Assembly (NCBI GenBank): GCA_002269645.1
Contig: NIVC01000415.1
Span: 1-64,000 of the forward strand
DNA from: Macrostomum lignano
Lineage: Eukaryota
Reading direction: 5' to 3'
DNA: 64,000 nt
The notes below the pieces were generated by a model. It worked only from the letters and a program-made list of their open reading frames with translations. It ran no database searches and was not told where the DNA came from. The translations under genes were made by a program, and so were the position numbers. Shown one piece after another: positions 11,478 through 25,318 of the stretch (its first letter is position 1; each line of letters opens with the position of its first letter).

Positions 11478-14400
11478 TATGCTACGTAGATTGGCAGATG
11501 TGGATTTGAAACTGTATAGCAAAACTCCGGACAAGTTCTGCAGGTTGACTGTAAAATATTTTATAGATAGATAATCACGTCTGATAATTCCAGTTTGGAG
11601 CAGTTTACCACACTAATTGCGTGTACATTCGGCTGTGTACTTATTTTTTTATCGTACACGCGGAGAGATTCTCAGCAGCCAATCAGATTTGTCCGACCAG
11701 CATGAAAGAAAAATTAATGTCTACTAGATAAAAGTGCAGTTTTATTTTATGGCATGGTTTTTATAAAACGCGATGCCCTAATTTACTGCACATACATGTA
11801 TAGCTAGTATAGGTAGGAACAGTATAGGCGGAAATGCAATGAAGTGTGTTTTGACTCAAACAATTGTAGTCTAATTTAAATACGGTTGGTTATAATACAG
11901 CAGCTTCAAAATTAAGCACGCATGACTCAGGCCTGCCTGGTTTCCAATTACATTCTTAAATAAATTAAATTTAATCATACACAGATTTGCCTGACATCAG
12001 AGCTGGCGGTTCTGCAACCTGCTGCTGGATTCTGGGGGTGGGCTGCATTGCCATGTCAGTCTCGAGGGGTAAAGTGACCATCCCTGCACCTGCACCCCTC
12101 TTGGATCCGCCACTGAGGTGGTTGGCACATTTAGTGGGTGACAACACTCTAGCTCAGATTGTATGGGGTTGTGATTTAAGGGCTAAGTCCCTACAGGTGG
12201 AGCAGGGAGAAATCCATTACGTAATATCACATGGCCACATACTTCGTCGCTTATATACTAGTTGTGGAAGCGAAGCGATAATGCCCATAGGCCTTAGCAA
12301 TTTCCTAAGCAAGCAAGCAAAAATAATTAATAGAGCTTGGCAAGTTTGCACCCATAGAATAAAAGTACAATGATATGTATACGTACAGCGTGCATTTGGA
12401 TGCCAATTATAGCGACAAGTTGAATCTCTAAGCGTGTATTTAATCCTATATTTTACTGACTATTGATTGAGTAAACAATTTACATGTACAACCAGAACAA
12501 TCGAATAACAATTTACAGCTTTGCGAAATCTTGGGATGACAAAGTGTCCTCAAAATTTGGTCACTTCGTCATCTAGATTTCTAACAAATGACCGTCGTCT
12601 CTTGATCCCCGGATCGCGACTCCCCCCCCCCATCACCATCAAGGACGAATTCCCACGGTCGTCAGCAGCGAACATCAAAGTTGAGAGCATCGCCTGCTAG
12701 CTATCTGCGAAGATTGTGACATCAGCATCATCCCGAGTCTACAGCTGCGAAGCACTAAGCTGATTCGGTCACTGTGGATTACCTGTTCTGCGGCTGTTGA
12801 GTTTCTGATTGGTTGGGTGAGAGACTCCTAGACTTGCTTGATTGGGTGATTCCTTATCTGTCCCTTATTTCAGTAGCTGGATTAGGCGCACACTTTTGCT
12901 CATTTTATTCAACAGTGCTATTATCGAGGCAGAAATCACTTAATAATACTATTAGTAGTCTGAAACTCCAATTCAATCTGAAGTGTGAAGTGATTTAAGG
13001 AGAAGGTTAAATCTGACAGTTATTTTTATTGGTTTTATTTCTTTGTTCGCCGATGGCTCAGATGAGTGGCTAAGCTAGTAGGCGCCGGTCACAGTGGACC
13101 AATGGCAAGGCGGTTCTCAGTCGATCAATCCATCAAATCAGTGAGCAAAATTGCCAATAGTGCAAAATCGGCGCTAGAGATGTACTCTGTGCACTCTAGG
13201 TTCGCCAAGCGGCTCGGGTAATGAATCATGCGGTCTCCGATGTTCGAGTTAGCCTATCATCAGCGCTATGAGAGGCTAGTTAGTGCGTTGAAAGCCAAAA
13301 GTACAATTCCTCGTATTTAGCAATGTAGTACATGTAGCTACCCCATAGTCTCGCCACTGCAAGAATCCCCTGCACAAGTCCCCTCTCTGTACCTGCATGG
13401 CCAATACGATCAAGTCCCAGCAGTGTCCCTTATCATCGGCTAGGACTTAGAGACTGACAGCAAAAAGACACTAGTTGGCAGGTAAGTGCAAAGCCCCTTC
13501 CAGTCGGAAGCCCGATTTCGAAAGTTCCGGTTTGGTGAGCCAGGACGCACGGGCTGTTGGCAGCGGGTTAGTTAATCTGCGGATTAACTGATCTCTACCT
13601 TCAAAATTCTCCCTGTTTGTCTCTCGCTGTCCCTCTCTTAGCTATAGGACCTAGACTGCTCGCCACACGATCAAGCTACCATGGGGCTGACCGTCTGACA
13701 GGAGTGGGGGGCCAGGGCTCTAATTGATTTATTTCTGAGACCTGAGGCCCGAAGGCTTTCCCAAAAAGGGGCCGAAAGGCCGAAACCCATCACTTTAAAA
13801 GCAAAAAATCGACAACTTAACTGGTCAAAGTGTTGTACAGTCCTGTCACGCTTGAAAAGGGATGGTGTTAGTCTCTTCGAACCAAAAACCGACGATGGTG
13901 AAAGGCCATAGACAAACTCAGGCTCGAAAGCTAAAACATGGAAGCAACCAAATTCAAAGCCTCTGAAACTGTTCAACTGATCTAATTGTTCAACTAACAG
14001 TCAATGTAAATGCGATGGAAAAAGTATTCAATGAAATAAACAACCAGTAAATAAAACTTCGCCAATTCAGCACACCATTAAGTACGTATACTGGTATGAA
14101 TAAAGCTGCGGAATGCAGGTCGTCCTGCTCAAAGCCAAAGTTACATATCGAGCTGAAACTGGACCAATAGTCATTTCACGGTTGCAGTTTACTCTGTGTA
14201 AAGTTTCGTCAAGATCGGTGAAGCAGAAGTACCTGTACTCGAATATCAATATGAATTTTGGAATCACATGTGTTTTAAATGGAACACATCGAAAATCGCT
14301 CCAGCTCAAAGCCAAAGCCAAAGTTACATATCGAGCTAAAACTTGATTAATAGTCGTTTCACGGTTGCAGTTTACTCTGTGTAAAGTTTCATGCTACGGG

Positions 14401-15420
14401 TTACTTTTAGTATTTTGCTTTTGTTAAAATTCGAATATCAATGGGGAAACAAAAGCGTTTGAAAGTGGCCTACAAAATTATGTGAAATGTTTAGTTTAGT
14501 GCAGTCATGCTCGATATTATAAATAAGAGGCTTAATCCTAGAGCCATAGTAGAGTAGTGGATTAGTATAGCTCTGTAGAGATATATATTTAGTAGGCCTA
14601 GGCTAATAATATACTATATAGTTTGGACTAGGCTAGGCCCCTAAGACTCTAGACAAGACATTTAGACCCTAGTAAATGTGGATACTTCTCTCAGCTGGGC
14701 CCTATGGCTGGCTACTTGTGCTTAATTTAATTTAAAGGCCTAATAAAGTCAATAGGCCTATCCGATGTTATGACTAGGCCCCTTGCTGCCCCTAGGCCTT
14801 ATCCTAGTTTGCATTGGTTGCTATTTCAGTTGCCTAGACCTAGTACTAGTAGGCCTAGGCCTAGAGCCTATAATTATATGAAGTACATATAGTCGTATAG
14901 AGACAATGTCTCTATATATTGACTTTATTATATTATTGCTTTATTATATTAGTTAGACCTAACAATTTTGAATGCTTATTTAGGCCTAGTCTTAGACTTA
15001 GGGTTAGGCCATGAATATCTTTCTAAGCAGTTTTGGAAACATGAGGTCTTTCAATTAAACTAGGCCCATGCCACCTATCTTGGTTAAATTAGTGTATATA
15101 AGCAAAATTTAACCTTATTAATATGCTTATGCAATACTTTCTGATATTTTTCCTGACATTTTAAATTTAAGCTGTCTTTAGCCTAAACATTCTCCTATTT
15201 CTCCTAAGGGCAAGTTTAGGCCTTGCCTTGGCCTTAGGCCTTAGCTTAAAAGTATTAAAAGGTATATCAGAATTAGATTTGTAGGCTTATTAAAGTAAAT
15301 ATTATGGTAATATCAAGTGTATCATAGCCTATAGCCTATGACATAGACTAGACCTAGGATAATAGGCTATGACTAGCAATCTTTGCCCCCCGTTGGGGGA
15401 CATCTGTATAGAATCTCTGT

Positions 15421-18400
15421 TCTCTACAAGTAATAAGAAGATAGCCAAATAAAGCTTTCACAAAGAAAATAGACAAACTACTCAAATAAAGTGCAATGCA
15501 AAAAGAAATCATCCCAAGACAGCAAGCATCCCCCAGATTGCAAGCATCCCCCGGATAGCAAGCGTCCCCAGATAGCAAGCATCACCCAAATAGCAAGCAT
15601 CCCCCAGATAGCAAGCGTCCCCCAGATAGCAAGCATTACCCAAATAGCAAGCATCCCCCAGATAGCAAGCATCCCCCAGATAGCAAGCGTCCCCAGATAG
15701 CAAGCATCACCCAAATAGCAAGCATCCCCCAGATAGCAAGCGTCCCCCAGATAGCAAGCATTACCCAAATAGCAAGCATCCCCCAGATAGCAAGCATCCC
15801 CCAGATAGCAAGCATCCCCCAGATAGCAAGCATCCCCAGATAGCAAGCAAGCATCCCCCAGATAGCAAGCATCCACCAGACAATAAGTAGCTAGTGTGAC
15901 AGTTTCCTTAGCATTATAGTGGCTCCTTTAAAATTCGCTCACTTTTACGTTTGACATGGTGGCTCTTTTATGTTTGAAATGAAGTCACTTATATGTTTGA
16001 CATGGTGAATTTTTTAAATGTTTTACAGGTTGGCTCTTTAATTTTCAACATGGTGGCTCTTTTATGTTCGACATGGTGGCTCTTTTATGTTCTACATGGT
16101 GGTTCTTTTATGTTCGACATGGTGGCTCCTTTATGTTCGACATGGTGGCTCTTTAATGTTTGTAATGGTGGCTCTTTAATGTTCAACATAGTGGCTCTTC
16201 TATGTTCAACATAGTGGCTCTTCTATGTTCGACATGGTGGCTCCTTTATGTTCGACATGGTGGCTCTTTAATGTTCGACACGATGGCACTTTAATGTTTG
16301 ACATGGTGGCTCTTTAATGTTTGACATGGTAGCTCTTTAATGTTCGACATGGTGGCTCTTTAATGTTCGAAATGGTCGTTTTTATGTTTTACATGGTGGC
16401 TTTTTTATGTTTGAAATAAAGTCTCTTATATGTTTGACATGGTGGCTCTTTAATGTTCGACATGGAGTCACATATATGTTTCACATTGTGGCTCTTTAAT
16501 GTTCGACATGGAGTCACATATATGTTTCACATGGTGGCTCTTTAATGTTCGACATGAAGTCACGTATATGTTTGATGTAGAGTCACATATATGTTTTACA
16601 TAGTGGCTCTTTTATGTTTGAAATGGTGGCTCTTTAATGTTTGACATGGTGGCTCTTTAATGTTCGACATGGTGGCTCTTTAATGTTCGACATGGTGGCT
16701 CTTTAATGTCTGACATGGTGGCTCTTTAATGTTCGCCATGGTGGCTCTGTTATGTTTGACATGGTGGCTCTTTAATGTTTGACATGGAGTACCGTATATG
16801 TTTGTCATAGTGTCTCTTCTATGTTTGACATGCTGGCTCTTTTATATTCGACATGGTAGCTCTTTTATGTTCGACATGGTGGCTCCTTTATGTTCGACAT
16901 GGTGGCTCTTTAATGTTTGACATGGTGGCTCTTTAATGTTTGACATGGTGGCTCTTTTATGTTCGACATGGTGGCTCCTTTATGTTCGACATGGTGGCTC
17001 TTTTATGTTTGATATGGTGGCTCTTTTACGTTCGACATGGTGGCTCTTTTATGTTCGACATGGTGGCTCCTTTATGTTCGACATGGTGGCTCTTTAATGT
17101 TTGACATGGTGGCTCTTTAATGTTTGACATGGTGGCTCTTTAATGTTTGACATGGTGGCTCTTTAATGTTTGACATGGTGGCTCTTTAATGTTTGACATA
17201 GTGGCTCTTTAATATTCAACAAAATGGCTCTTTAATGTTTGACATGGTGGCTCTTTAATGTTCAAAATGATGGCTCTTTAATGTTTAACATGGTGGCTCT
17301 TTAATGTTCAACATAGTGGCTCTTTTATGTTCGACATGGTGGCTCCTTTATGTTCAACATGGTGGCTCTTTTATATTAGACATGTTGGCTTTTTTATGTT
17401 CTACATGGTGGTTCTTTAATGTTTGACATAGTGGCTCTTTAATATTCAACAAAGTGGCTCTTTTATGTTCAACATAGTGGCTCTTTAATGTTCGACATGG
17501 TGGCTTCTTTATGTTCGACATGGTGGCTCTTAAATGTTTGACATGGTGGCTCTTTAATGTTTGACATAGTGGCTCTTTAATATTCAAAAAAGTGGCTCTT
17601 TAATGTTTGACATGGTGGCTTTTCAATGTTTGACATGGTGGCTCTTTAATGTTTGACATGGTGGCTCTTTAATATTCAACAAACTGGCTCTTTAATGTTT
17701 GACATGGTGGCTCTTCAATGTTTGACATGGTGGCTCTTTTATGTTCGACATGGTGGCTCTTTAATGTTCAACATAGTGGCTCTTTAATGTTTGACACAAT
17801 GGCACTTTAATATTTGACATGGTCTCTCTTTAATGTTTGACATAGTGGCTCTTTAATATTCAACAAACTGGCTCTTTAATGTTTGAAATGGTGGCTCTTT
17901 AATGTTTGACATGGTTCTCTACAAGTAATAAGAAGATAGCCAAATAAAGCTTTCACAAAGAAAATAGACAAACTACTCAAATAAAGTGCAATGCAAAAAG
18001 AAATCATCCCAAGACAGCAAGCATCCCCCAGATTGCAAGCATCCCCCGGATAGCAAGCGTCCCCAGATAGCAAGCATCACCCAAATAGCAAGCATCCCCC
18101 AGATAGCAAGCGTCCCCCAGATAGCAAGCATTACCCAAATAGCAAGCATCCCCCAGATAGCAAGCATCCCCCAGATAGCAAGCGTCCCCAGATAGCAAGC
18201 ATCACCCAAATAGCAAGCATCCCCCAGATAGCAAGCGTCCCCCAGATAGCAAGCATTACCCAAATAGCAAGCATCCCCCAGATAGCAAGCATCCCCAGAT
18301 AGCAAGCATCCCCCAGATAGCAAGCATCCCCAGATAGCAAGCAAGCATCCCCCAGATAGCAAGCATCCACCAGACAATAAGTAGCTAGTGTGACAGTTTC

Positions 18401-20524
18401 CTTAGCATTATAGTGGCTCCTTTAAAATTCGCTCACTTTTACGTTTGACATGGTGGCTCTTTTATGTTTGAAATGAAGTCACTTATATGTTTGACATGGT
18501 GAATTTTTTAAATGTTTTACAGGTTGGCTCTTTAATTTTCAACATGGTGGCTCTTTTATGTTCGACATGGTGGCTCTTTTATGTTCTACATGGTGGTTCT
18601 TTTATGTTCGACATGGTGGCTCCTTTATGTTCGACATGGTGGCTCTTTAATGTTTGTAATGGTGGCTCTTTAATGTTCAACATAGTGGCTCTTCTATGTT
18701 CAACATAGTGGCTCTTCTATGTTCGACATGGTGGCTCCTTTATGTTCGACATGGTGGCTCTTTAATGTTCGACACGATGGCACTTTAATGTTTGACATGG
18801 TGGCTCTTTAATGTTTGACATGGTAGCTCTTTAATGTTCGACATGGTGGCTCTTTAATGTTCGAAATGGTCGTTTTTATGTTTTACATGGTGGCTCTTTA
18901 ATGTTTGACATGGTAGCTTTTTTATGTTTGAAATAAAGTCTCTTATATGTTTGACATGGTGGCTCTTTAATGTTCGACATGGAGTCACATATATGTTTCA
19001 CATTGTGGCTCTTTAATGTTCGACATGGAGTCACATATATGTTTCACATGGTGGCTCTTGAATGTTCGACATGAAGTCACGTATATGTTTGATGTAGAGT
19101 CACATATATGTTTTACATAGTGGCTCTTTTATGTTTGAAATGGTGGCTCTTTAATGTTTGACATGGTGGCTCTTTAATGTTCGACATGGTGGCTCTTTAA
19201 TGTTCGACATGGTGGCTCTTTAATGTCTGACATGGTGGCTCTTTAATGTTCGCCATGGTGGCTCTGTTATGTTTGACATGGTGGCTCTTTAATGTTTGAC
19301 ATGGAGTACCGTATATGTTTGTCATAGTGTCTCTTCTATGTTTGACATGCTGGCTCTTTTATATTCGACATGGTAGCTCTTTTATGTTCGACATGGTGGC
19401 TCCTTTATGTTCGACATGGTGGCTCTTTAATGTTTGACATGGTGGCTCTTTAATGTTTGACATGGTGGCTCTTTTATGTTCGACATGGTGGCTCCTTTAT
19501 GTTCGACATGGTGGCTCTTTTATGTTTGATATGGTGGCTCTTTTACGTTCGACATGGTGGCTCTTTTATGTTCGACATGGTGGCTCCTTTATGTTCGACA
19601 TGGTGGCTCTTTAATGTTTGACATGGTGGCTCTTTAATGTTTGACATGGTGGCTCTTTAATGTTTGACATGGTGGCTCTTTAATGTTTGACATGGTGGCT
19701 CTTTAATGTTTGACATAGTGGCTCTTTAATATTCAACAAAATGGCTCTTTAATGTTTGACATGGTGGCTCTTTAATGTTCAAAATGATGGCTCTTTAATG
19801 TTTAACATGGTGGCTCTTTAATGTTCAACATAGTGGCTCTTTTATGTTCGACATGGTGGCTCCTTTATGTTCAACATGGTGGCTCTTTTATATTAGACAT
19901 GTTGGCTTTTTTATGTTCTACATGGTGGTTCTTTAATGTTTGACATAGTGGCTCTTTAATATTCAACAAAGTGGCTCTTTTATGTTCAACATAGTGGCTC
20001 TTTAATGTTCGACATGGTGGCTTCTTTATGTTCGACATGGTGGCTCTTAAATGTTTGACATGGTGGCTCTTTAATGTTTGACATAGTGGCTCTTTAATAT
20101 TCAAAAAAGTGGCTCTTTAATGTTTGACATGGTGGCTCTTCAATGTTTGACATGGTGGCTCTTTAATGTTTGACATAGTGGCTCTTTAATATTCAACAAA
20201 CTGGCTCTTTAATGTTTGACATGGTGGCTCTTCAATGTTTGACATGGTGGCTCTTTAATGTTTGACATGGTGGCTCTTTAATATTCAACAAACTGGCTCT
20301 TTACTGTTTGACATGGTAGCTCTTCAATGTTTGACATGGTGGCTCTTTTATGTTCGACATGGTGGCTCTTTAATGTTCAACATAGTGGCTCTTTAATGTT
20401 TGACACAATGGCACTTTAATATTTGACATGGTCTCTCTTTAATGTTTGACATAGTGGCTCTTTAATATTCAACAAACTGGCTCTTTAATGTTTGAAATGG
20501 TGGCTCTTTAATGTTTGACATGGT
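15421..20524. repeat. Near-identical tandem duplication of about 2.5 kb (15421-17915 / 17916-20524)
   Basis: TCTCTACAAGTAATAAGAAGATAGCC occurs at 15421 and 17916; ORF pairs offset by about 2495 nt; variant satellite units appear in the same order. Confidence 0.9.
15510..15880. repeat. Minisatellite, about 19-20 bp (CCCCAGATAGCAAGCAT); second copy at 18010-18375
   Basis: Direct inspection. Confidence 0.9.
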
Positions 20525-21320
20525 GGCTCTTTAATGTTTGACATGGTGGCTCTTTAATGTTCAACATAGTGGCTCTTTTATGTTCGACATGGTGGCTCCT
20601 TTATGTTCGAAATGGTGGCTCTTTAATGTTCGACACGATGGCACTTTAATGTTTAATATGGTAGCTCTTTAATGCTCAAGACGATGGCACTTTAATGTTT
20701 GACATGGTGGTTCTTTTATGTTTGACATGGTAGCTCCTTAATGTTCGACATGGTGGCTCTTTAATGTTTGACATGGTGGCTCTTCAATGTTTGACATGGT
20801 GGCTCTTTTATGTTCGACATGGTGGCTCTTTAATATTCAAAAAAGTGGCTCTTTAACGTTTGACATGGTGGCTCTTTAATGTTCGACACAATGGCACTTT
20901 AATATTTGACATCGTGGCTCTTTAATGTTTTACATGGTGGCTCTTCAATGTTTAACATGGTGGCTCTTTAATGTTTGACATTGTGGCTCTTTAATGTTCA
21001 ACATAGTGGCTCTTTTATGTTCGACATGGTGGCTCCTTTATGTTCGAAATGATGGCTCTTTAATGTTCGACACGATGGCACTTTAATGTTCGACATGGTG
21101 GCTCTTTTATATTAGACATGGTGGCTCTTTTATGTTCTACATGGTGGTTCTTTAATGTTTGACATAGTGGCTCTTTAATATTCAAAAAAGTGGCTCTTTA
21201 AGGTTTGGCATGGCTCTTTAATGTTTGACATCCAGTCACGTATATGTTTTACATGGTGGCTCTTTTATGTTTGACATGGTTGCCCTTTAATGTTTTACAT
21301 GGTGGCTCTTTTATGTTTAA
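15950..21320. repeat. Long 24 bp minisatellite (GACATGGTGGCTCTTTAATGTTT/C), interrupted at 17916-18440
   Basis: Direct inspection. Confidence 0.92.
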
Positions 21321-21365
21321 CATTTTGTGTTTTGAAGGTGTTTTAATAAAAAAATTATTTTGCTC

Positions 21366-21900
21366 TACTAAGATTTTAACCCAGGTCACTACATTAGCAG
21401 TCCAGTCTGCTCGCATCTAGGCTATCTCTTTTTAATTTGAGAACATGAATTGTGGCCCTTATAATTCGATACTTACAGCAAGTCAAATGGACTAAAAAGT
21501 TATGACATAATCAATTTCTCAGTCAGCCAGTATCAGTCCCAATTTAAGTTAGCAATATGGTTACGCAATTTCTATCAAGTCGTGTGTGCATTTCTTTGAC
21601 AATGTTTTCAACTTTTTGTGATGAAATCTTTATCACAATCGGAATTCAGCCAGTCAGTTTTTTCTCTAGCATTCTTACAATGCATTTCAAGTCAAAAATT
21701 TGGCTTGACCTTTGCAAAAAAGCATGTTTTTTGAATATTTAATCCCTTTAACATTGAGCAATTTCTTAGCCAAGATGCATGTACCGTCCCAGGAAAATTT
21801 CTGATCGAATGGTGCAAGTTTGAAGAAAATCGGTTGAGCCAATTTTTCTGAAATCAATCGCATACCCATATACAGACAACTCATTTTTAGTATATAGGAT
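21366..21900. mobile_element. Possible non-autonomous Helentron/DINE-like element
   Basis: Starts ACTAAGATTTTAACCC and ends AAAATCGGTTGAGCC...ACAGACAACTCATTTTTAGTATATAGGAT; resemblance from recalled end motifs only. Confidence 0.3.
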
Positions 21901-23211
21901 TTAGGTAAGTCTAAGCTAGATCATTAAAATAGATTCAAAATGAAAAAAATATAGGCTTAGGCTAGGCCTTTATCATATATTATCTTATTTATTAGACCTA
22001 CATTCATTTTTGTCTCAACTCAATGCATTTCCCTTATTATTGCTAGGCTAGGCTTAGGAGCCTATACCATTAGTTTAAATATAAAAATTGTAAATGAGAA
22101 TGCAAAGGAAAAGGAGGGCTAAAAAAGGAGCATAGGCAGCCAAAGTAGGAAAAAGCTCTCAACTACAAAATTATAAAGACATAAAAGTACAATGGAAACA
22201 ATTGTATAGCTATGTTATATCACTTGATGCTTTAGCCCAGGAGATAATTTAAGAAAATGTTCTAATTTTCTATATTCAATTTGACAAATGACTATTTAAT
22301 AAGCCATACTCTGTATCATGTAATATATGCCCAAAAATTCGGGCATGCATGCATTGGCCTTGCATGCCAAAATTAGGCATACACAATTAGCATACATCAC
22401 TTCCTAAGAAAATAGTATGCATGCACATCTGGTGTGAACTTTATAGAATCACACATAAGAGTTATTCTGAAGTAGAAAAAAATAAAAAAGTTAATTTTTA
22501 AATGTAAATTTCAAGCTTTCCAGTTTTTTCAAGCTTGTAAAAAAGAATTTAAACAAATCTTTGCATGTATTGATTTTCTGCTATAAATAGTATCACCAAA
22601 AAGCATAAAAATCAACCAAATTATCTGCTAATAAGGGTCCATTATGCAATTTAAAAGGTCATTTATTGTCACAACATAAAAAAGGTTATTTATTGTTGCA
22701 ACACTGGCATATTTTTATGAGAAGGGGCGTGCACTAAATTTTTTGGCATGCATTTGTAATTATTCAATTTTTGTTTGGGTGTGCACCCAGCATGATCTGG
22801 ACTATGGCCTATAAGATACGCTATATAGAGGTTAGAATACAATCCTAAACCTAATCCTAATGCGACTTACCTATGAAAGAAACCTAAGCAAAAAATAACA
22901 TAATTTTGATTAAATGGTAGGAGTAACTATGATTGTATTATTAAGGCTAAATGCCTCGTCATCTTTAGTACTAAGTTTTTCCCCCTTGGGCATTGTTGCA
23001 ACTCACCTTGACTGAGTGTTGCGCATGCATGGGTCCATAGCTTGTAGGTTTTGATTTGACTTTGGTTTATTGCACCTAACAGTCTTGCCAGTGTACACAT
23101 GTAGAGACAGGTGCTTTATATATAAGCTACAATGCTTTCATGCACAGTCACAATGCCCAACTGAAAGAAATCCATCAGCTAAGAGACACAAGTTGCAAGT
23201 AGGCAGCAATT

Positions 23212-23746
23212 ATGCACCATCGACCACCTGGTTCTGTTGCCCTGGATATGGGCTTGGATGTTGACTCTGCTGAGCAAAAGCAGCAACAGCAGCAATCTAG
23301 AAGAAGACGCCAGCAACAGCAGAAGAAGCCAGACTTTGCTGCCGCGGCTCGGTTATCATTCGAAACGTTTGTTAATGATGTCAAACAGCGAGGCCTGGGC
23401 GTTGGCGATAGTCAGACAGAAGTTCGAGTCGCATTTGCCGCCTCGATATTTCTGTATTGGTCGGCTTCTAGCACGATTTTGTACACAACTCTTGCCTATG
23501 CGGTTGACGACTTCTATGCCGCTTGGTCTGACGATATTCGATATTGTATCAAAGTGGCAGCCTGTTATATTTATATTAATGCCACAGCCAATTGGTTGCT
23601 AACTACTCTAACGGATAATAGCTATAAATTGACTTTGGATAGGCCTAATTTAAGAAAGACTCTATTCGAACCGTTTCCCGAACCGTTAAAGCGCAAATTA
23701 GAAGAGGAATCTGACGACTCGCCTGACGAGGAAGAGAGTGGTAAAG
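23212..23746 (+). CDS. DHHC palmitoyltransferase (ZDHHC24-like), exon 1
   Basis: Two predicted TM segments (AFAASIFLYW...; IKVAACYIYINATANWLL); donor AAAG|gtgagg in phase 1 matches the next exon. Start could be Met 23212 or 23248. Confidence 0.8.
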
Positions 23747-23779
23747 GTGAGGTTCTTGGATCCTTGTGATACTCAGCTC

Positions 23780-24780
23780 TTAGTGATCCCCAGTCCCCTC
23801 AGAAACCCCCTTTAGTGATCCCCAGTCCCCTCAGAAATCTCCCTTTAGTGATCCCCAGTCCCCTCAGAAACCCCCCTTTAGTGATCCCCAGTCCCCTCAG
23901 AAACCCCCTTTAGTGATCCCCAGTCCCCTCAGAAACCCCCTTTAGTGATCCCCAGTCCCCTCAGAAACCCCCCTTTAGTGATCCCCAGTCCCCCCCCCCC
24001 CAGTAACCCCTTTAGTGATCCCCAGTCCCCTCAGAAACCCCATTTAGTGATCCCCAGTCCCCTCAGAAACCCCCCTTTAGTGATCCCCATCCCCCCCCAG
24101 TAACCCCCTTTAGTGATCCCCAGTCCCCTCAGAAACCCCCTTTAGTGATCCCCAGTCCCCTCAGAAACCCCCCTTTAGTGATCCCCAGTCCCCCCCCAGT
24201 AACCCCCTTTAGTGATCCCCAGTCCCCTCAGAAACCCCATTTAGTGATCCCCAGTCCCCTCAGAAACCCTCTATAGTGATCCCCAGTCCCCTCAGAAACC
24301 CTCTATAGTGATCCCCAGTCCCCTCAGAAACCCTCTATAGTGATCCCCAGTCCCCTCAGAAACCCCATTTAGTGATCCCCAGTCCCCTCAGAAACCCTCT
24401 ATAGTGATCCCCAGTCCCCTCAGAAACCCTCTATAGTGATCCCCAGTCCTCTCAAAAACCCCCTATAGTGATCCCCAGTCCCCTCAGAAATCTCCCTTAG
24501 TGATCCCAAGTCCCCTCAGAAACCCCCTTTAGTGATCCCCAGTCCCCTCAGAAACCCTCTATAGTGATCCCCAGTCCCCTCAGAAACCCTCTATAGTGAT
24601 CCCCAGTCCCCTCAGAAACCCTCTATAGTGATCCCAAGTCCCCTCAGAAACCCCCTTTAGTGATCCCCAGTCCCCTCAGAAACCCTCTATAGTGATCCCC
24701 AGTCCCCTCAGAAACCCCATTTAGTGATCCCCAGTCCCCTCAGAAACCCTCTATAGTGATCCCCAGTTCCCTTAGAAATT
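23780..24780. repeat. About 32 bp minisatellite filling DHHC intron 1 (AGTGATCCCCAGTCCCCTCAGAAACCCCCTTT)
   Basis: Direct inspection. Confidence 0.92.
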
Positions 24781-24860
24781 CCCTTAGAAATTTTTTTTGG
24801 TAATACCCAGCCCTCTTACAAATTCCCCCATACTGATCCCCAAGTGCCACGCATCCTCAG

Positions 24861-25318
24861 GTCGCCCGGCCATCAAAGATGATACGGGCCTCCTTGACGG
24901 CCGCAAATTCATGCTACCATACGAGGCTGAATCGGACAACGGTTTGCAATGGCGCCGCTGTTTGGTCTGCCAGCACGACGCGCCGCCAAGGACGCATCAC
25001 TGTCCCGTTTGTCGGGCCTGCGTATTAAAACGCGATCATCACTGCTATATGACTGGCAGATGCGTTGGATTCTATAATCAGAGATTCTTTATAGTTATGG
25101 TGTTCTACCTGATGATCGGGCTGGGCTGGGGCGGCGGCGGAAGCGCTGTTTATCTGTGGCAGCACTACAAAGTCCATAGTCGGTGGGATCTGTTCCTGCC
25201 TTACGCTATTTATCGTTGGTTGTTCGGCCACTTAGAGGGTCATTTGGTGCTGATGCTCTATCACTGCTATCTTTTCTGGTGGATTGGACCGATGTGCGCC
25301 GTGTTTTTTATGGGTCAG
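24861..25318 (+). CDS. DHHC palmitoyltransferase, exon 2 with DHHC-CRD
   Basis: CLVCQHDAPPRTHHCPVCRACVLKRDHHCYMTGRCVGFYNQRFF is a canonical DHHC cysteine-rich domain; cctcag|24861 and CAG|gtgaga 25319. Confidence 0.95.

Noticed and set aside
13050-13110. tRNA-like head GATGGCTCAGATGAGTGGCTAAGC
   Set aside because: No B box or cloverleaf pairing downstream.
13735-13800. GGCCGAAAGGCCGAAAC resembling hammerhead ribozyme stem II and core
   Set aside because: The required CUGANGA is not directly 5' of the stem and I found no stem III partner with a UH cleavage site; an Infernal search with RF00008/RF00163 would settle it.
15950-21320. CRISPR-like regularly spaced 24-bp repeats
   Set aside because: Units are contiguous with no unique spacers, no cas genes, and the context is eukaryotic.
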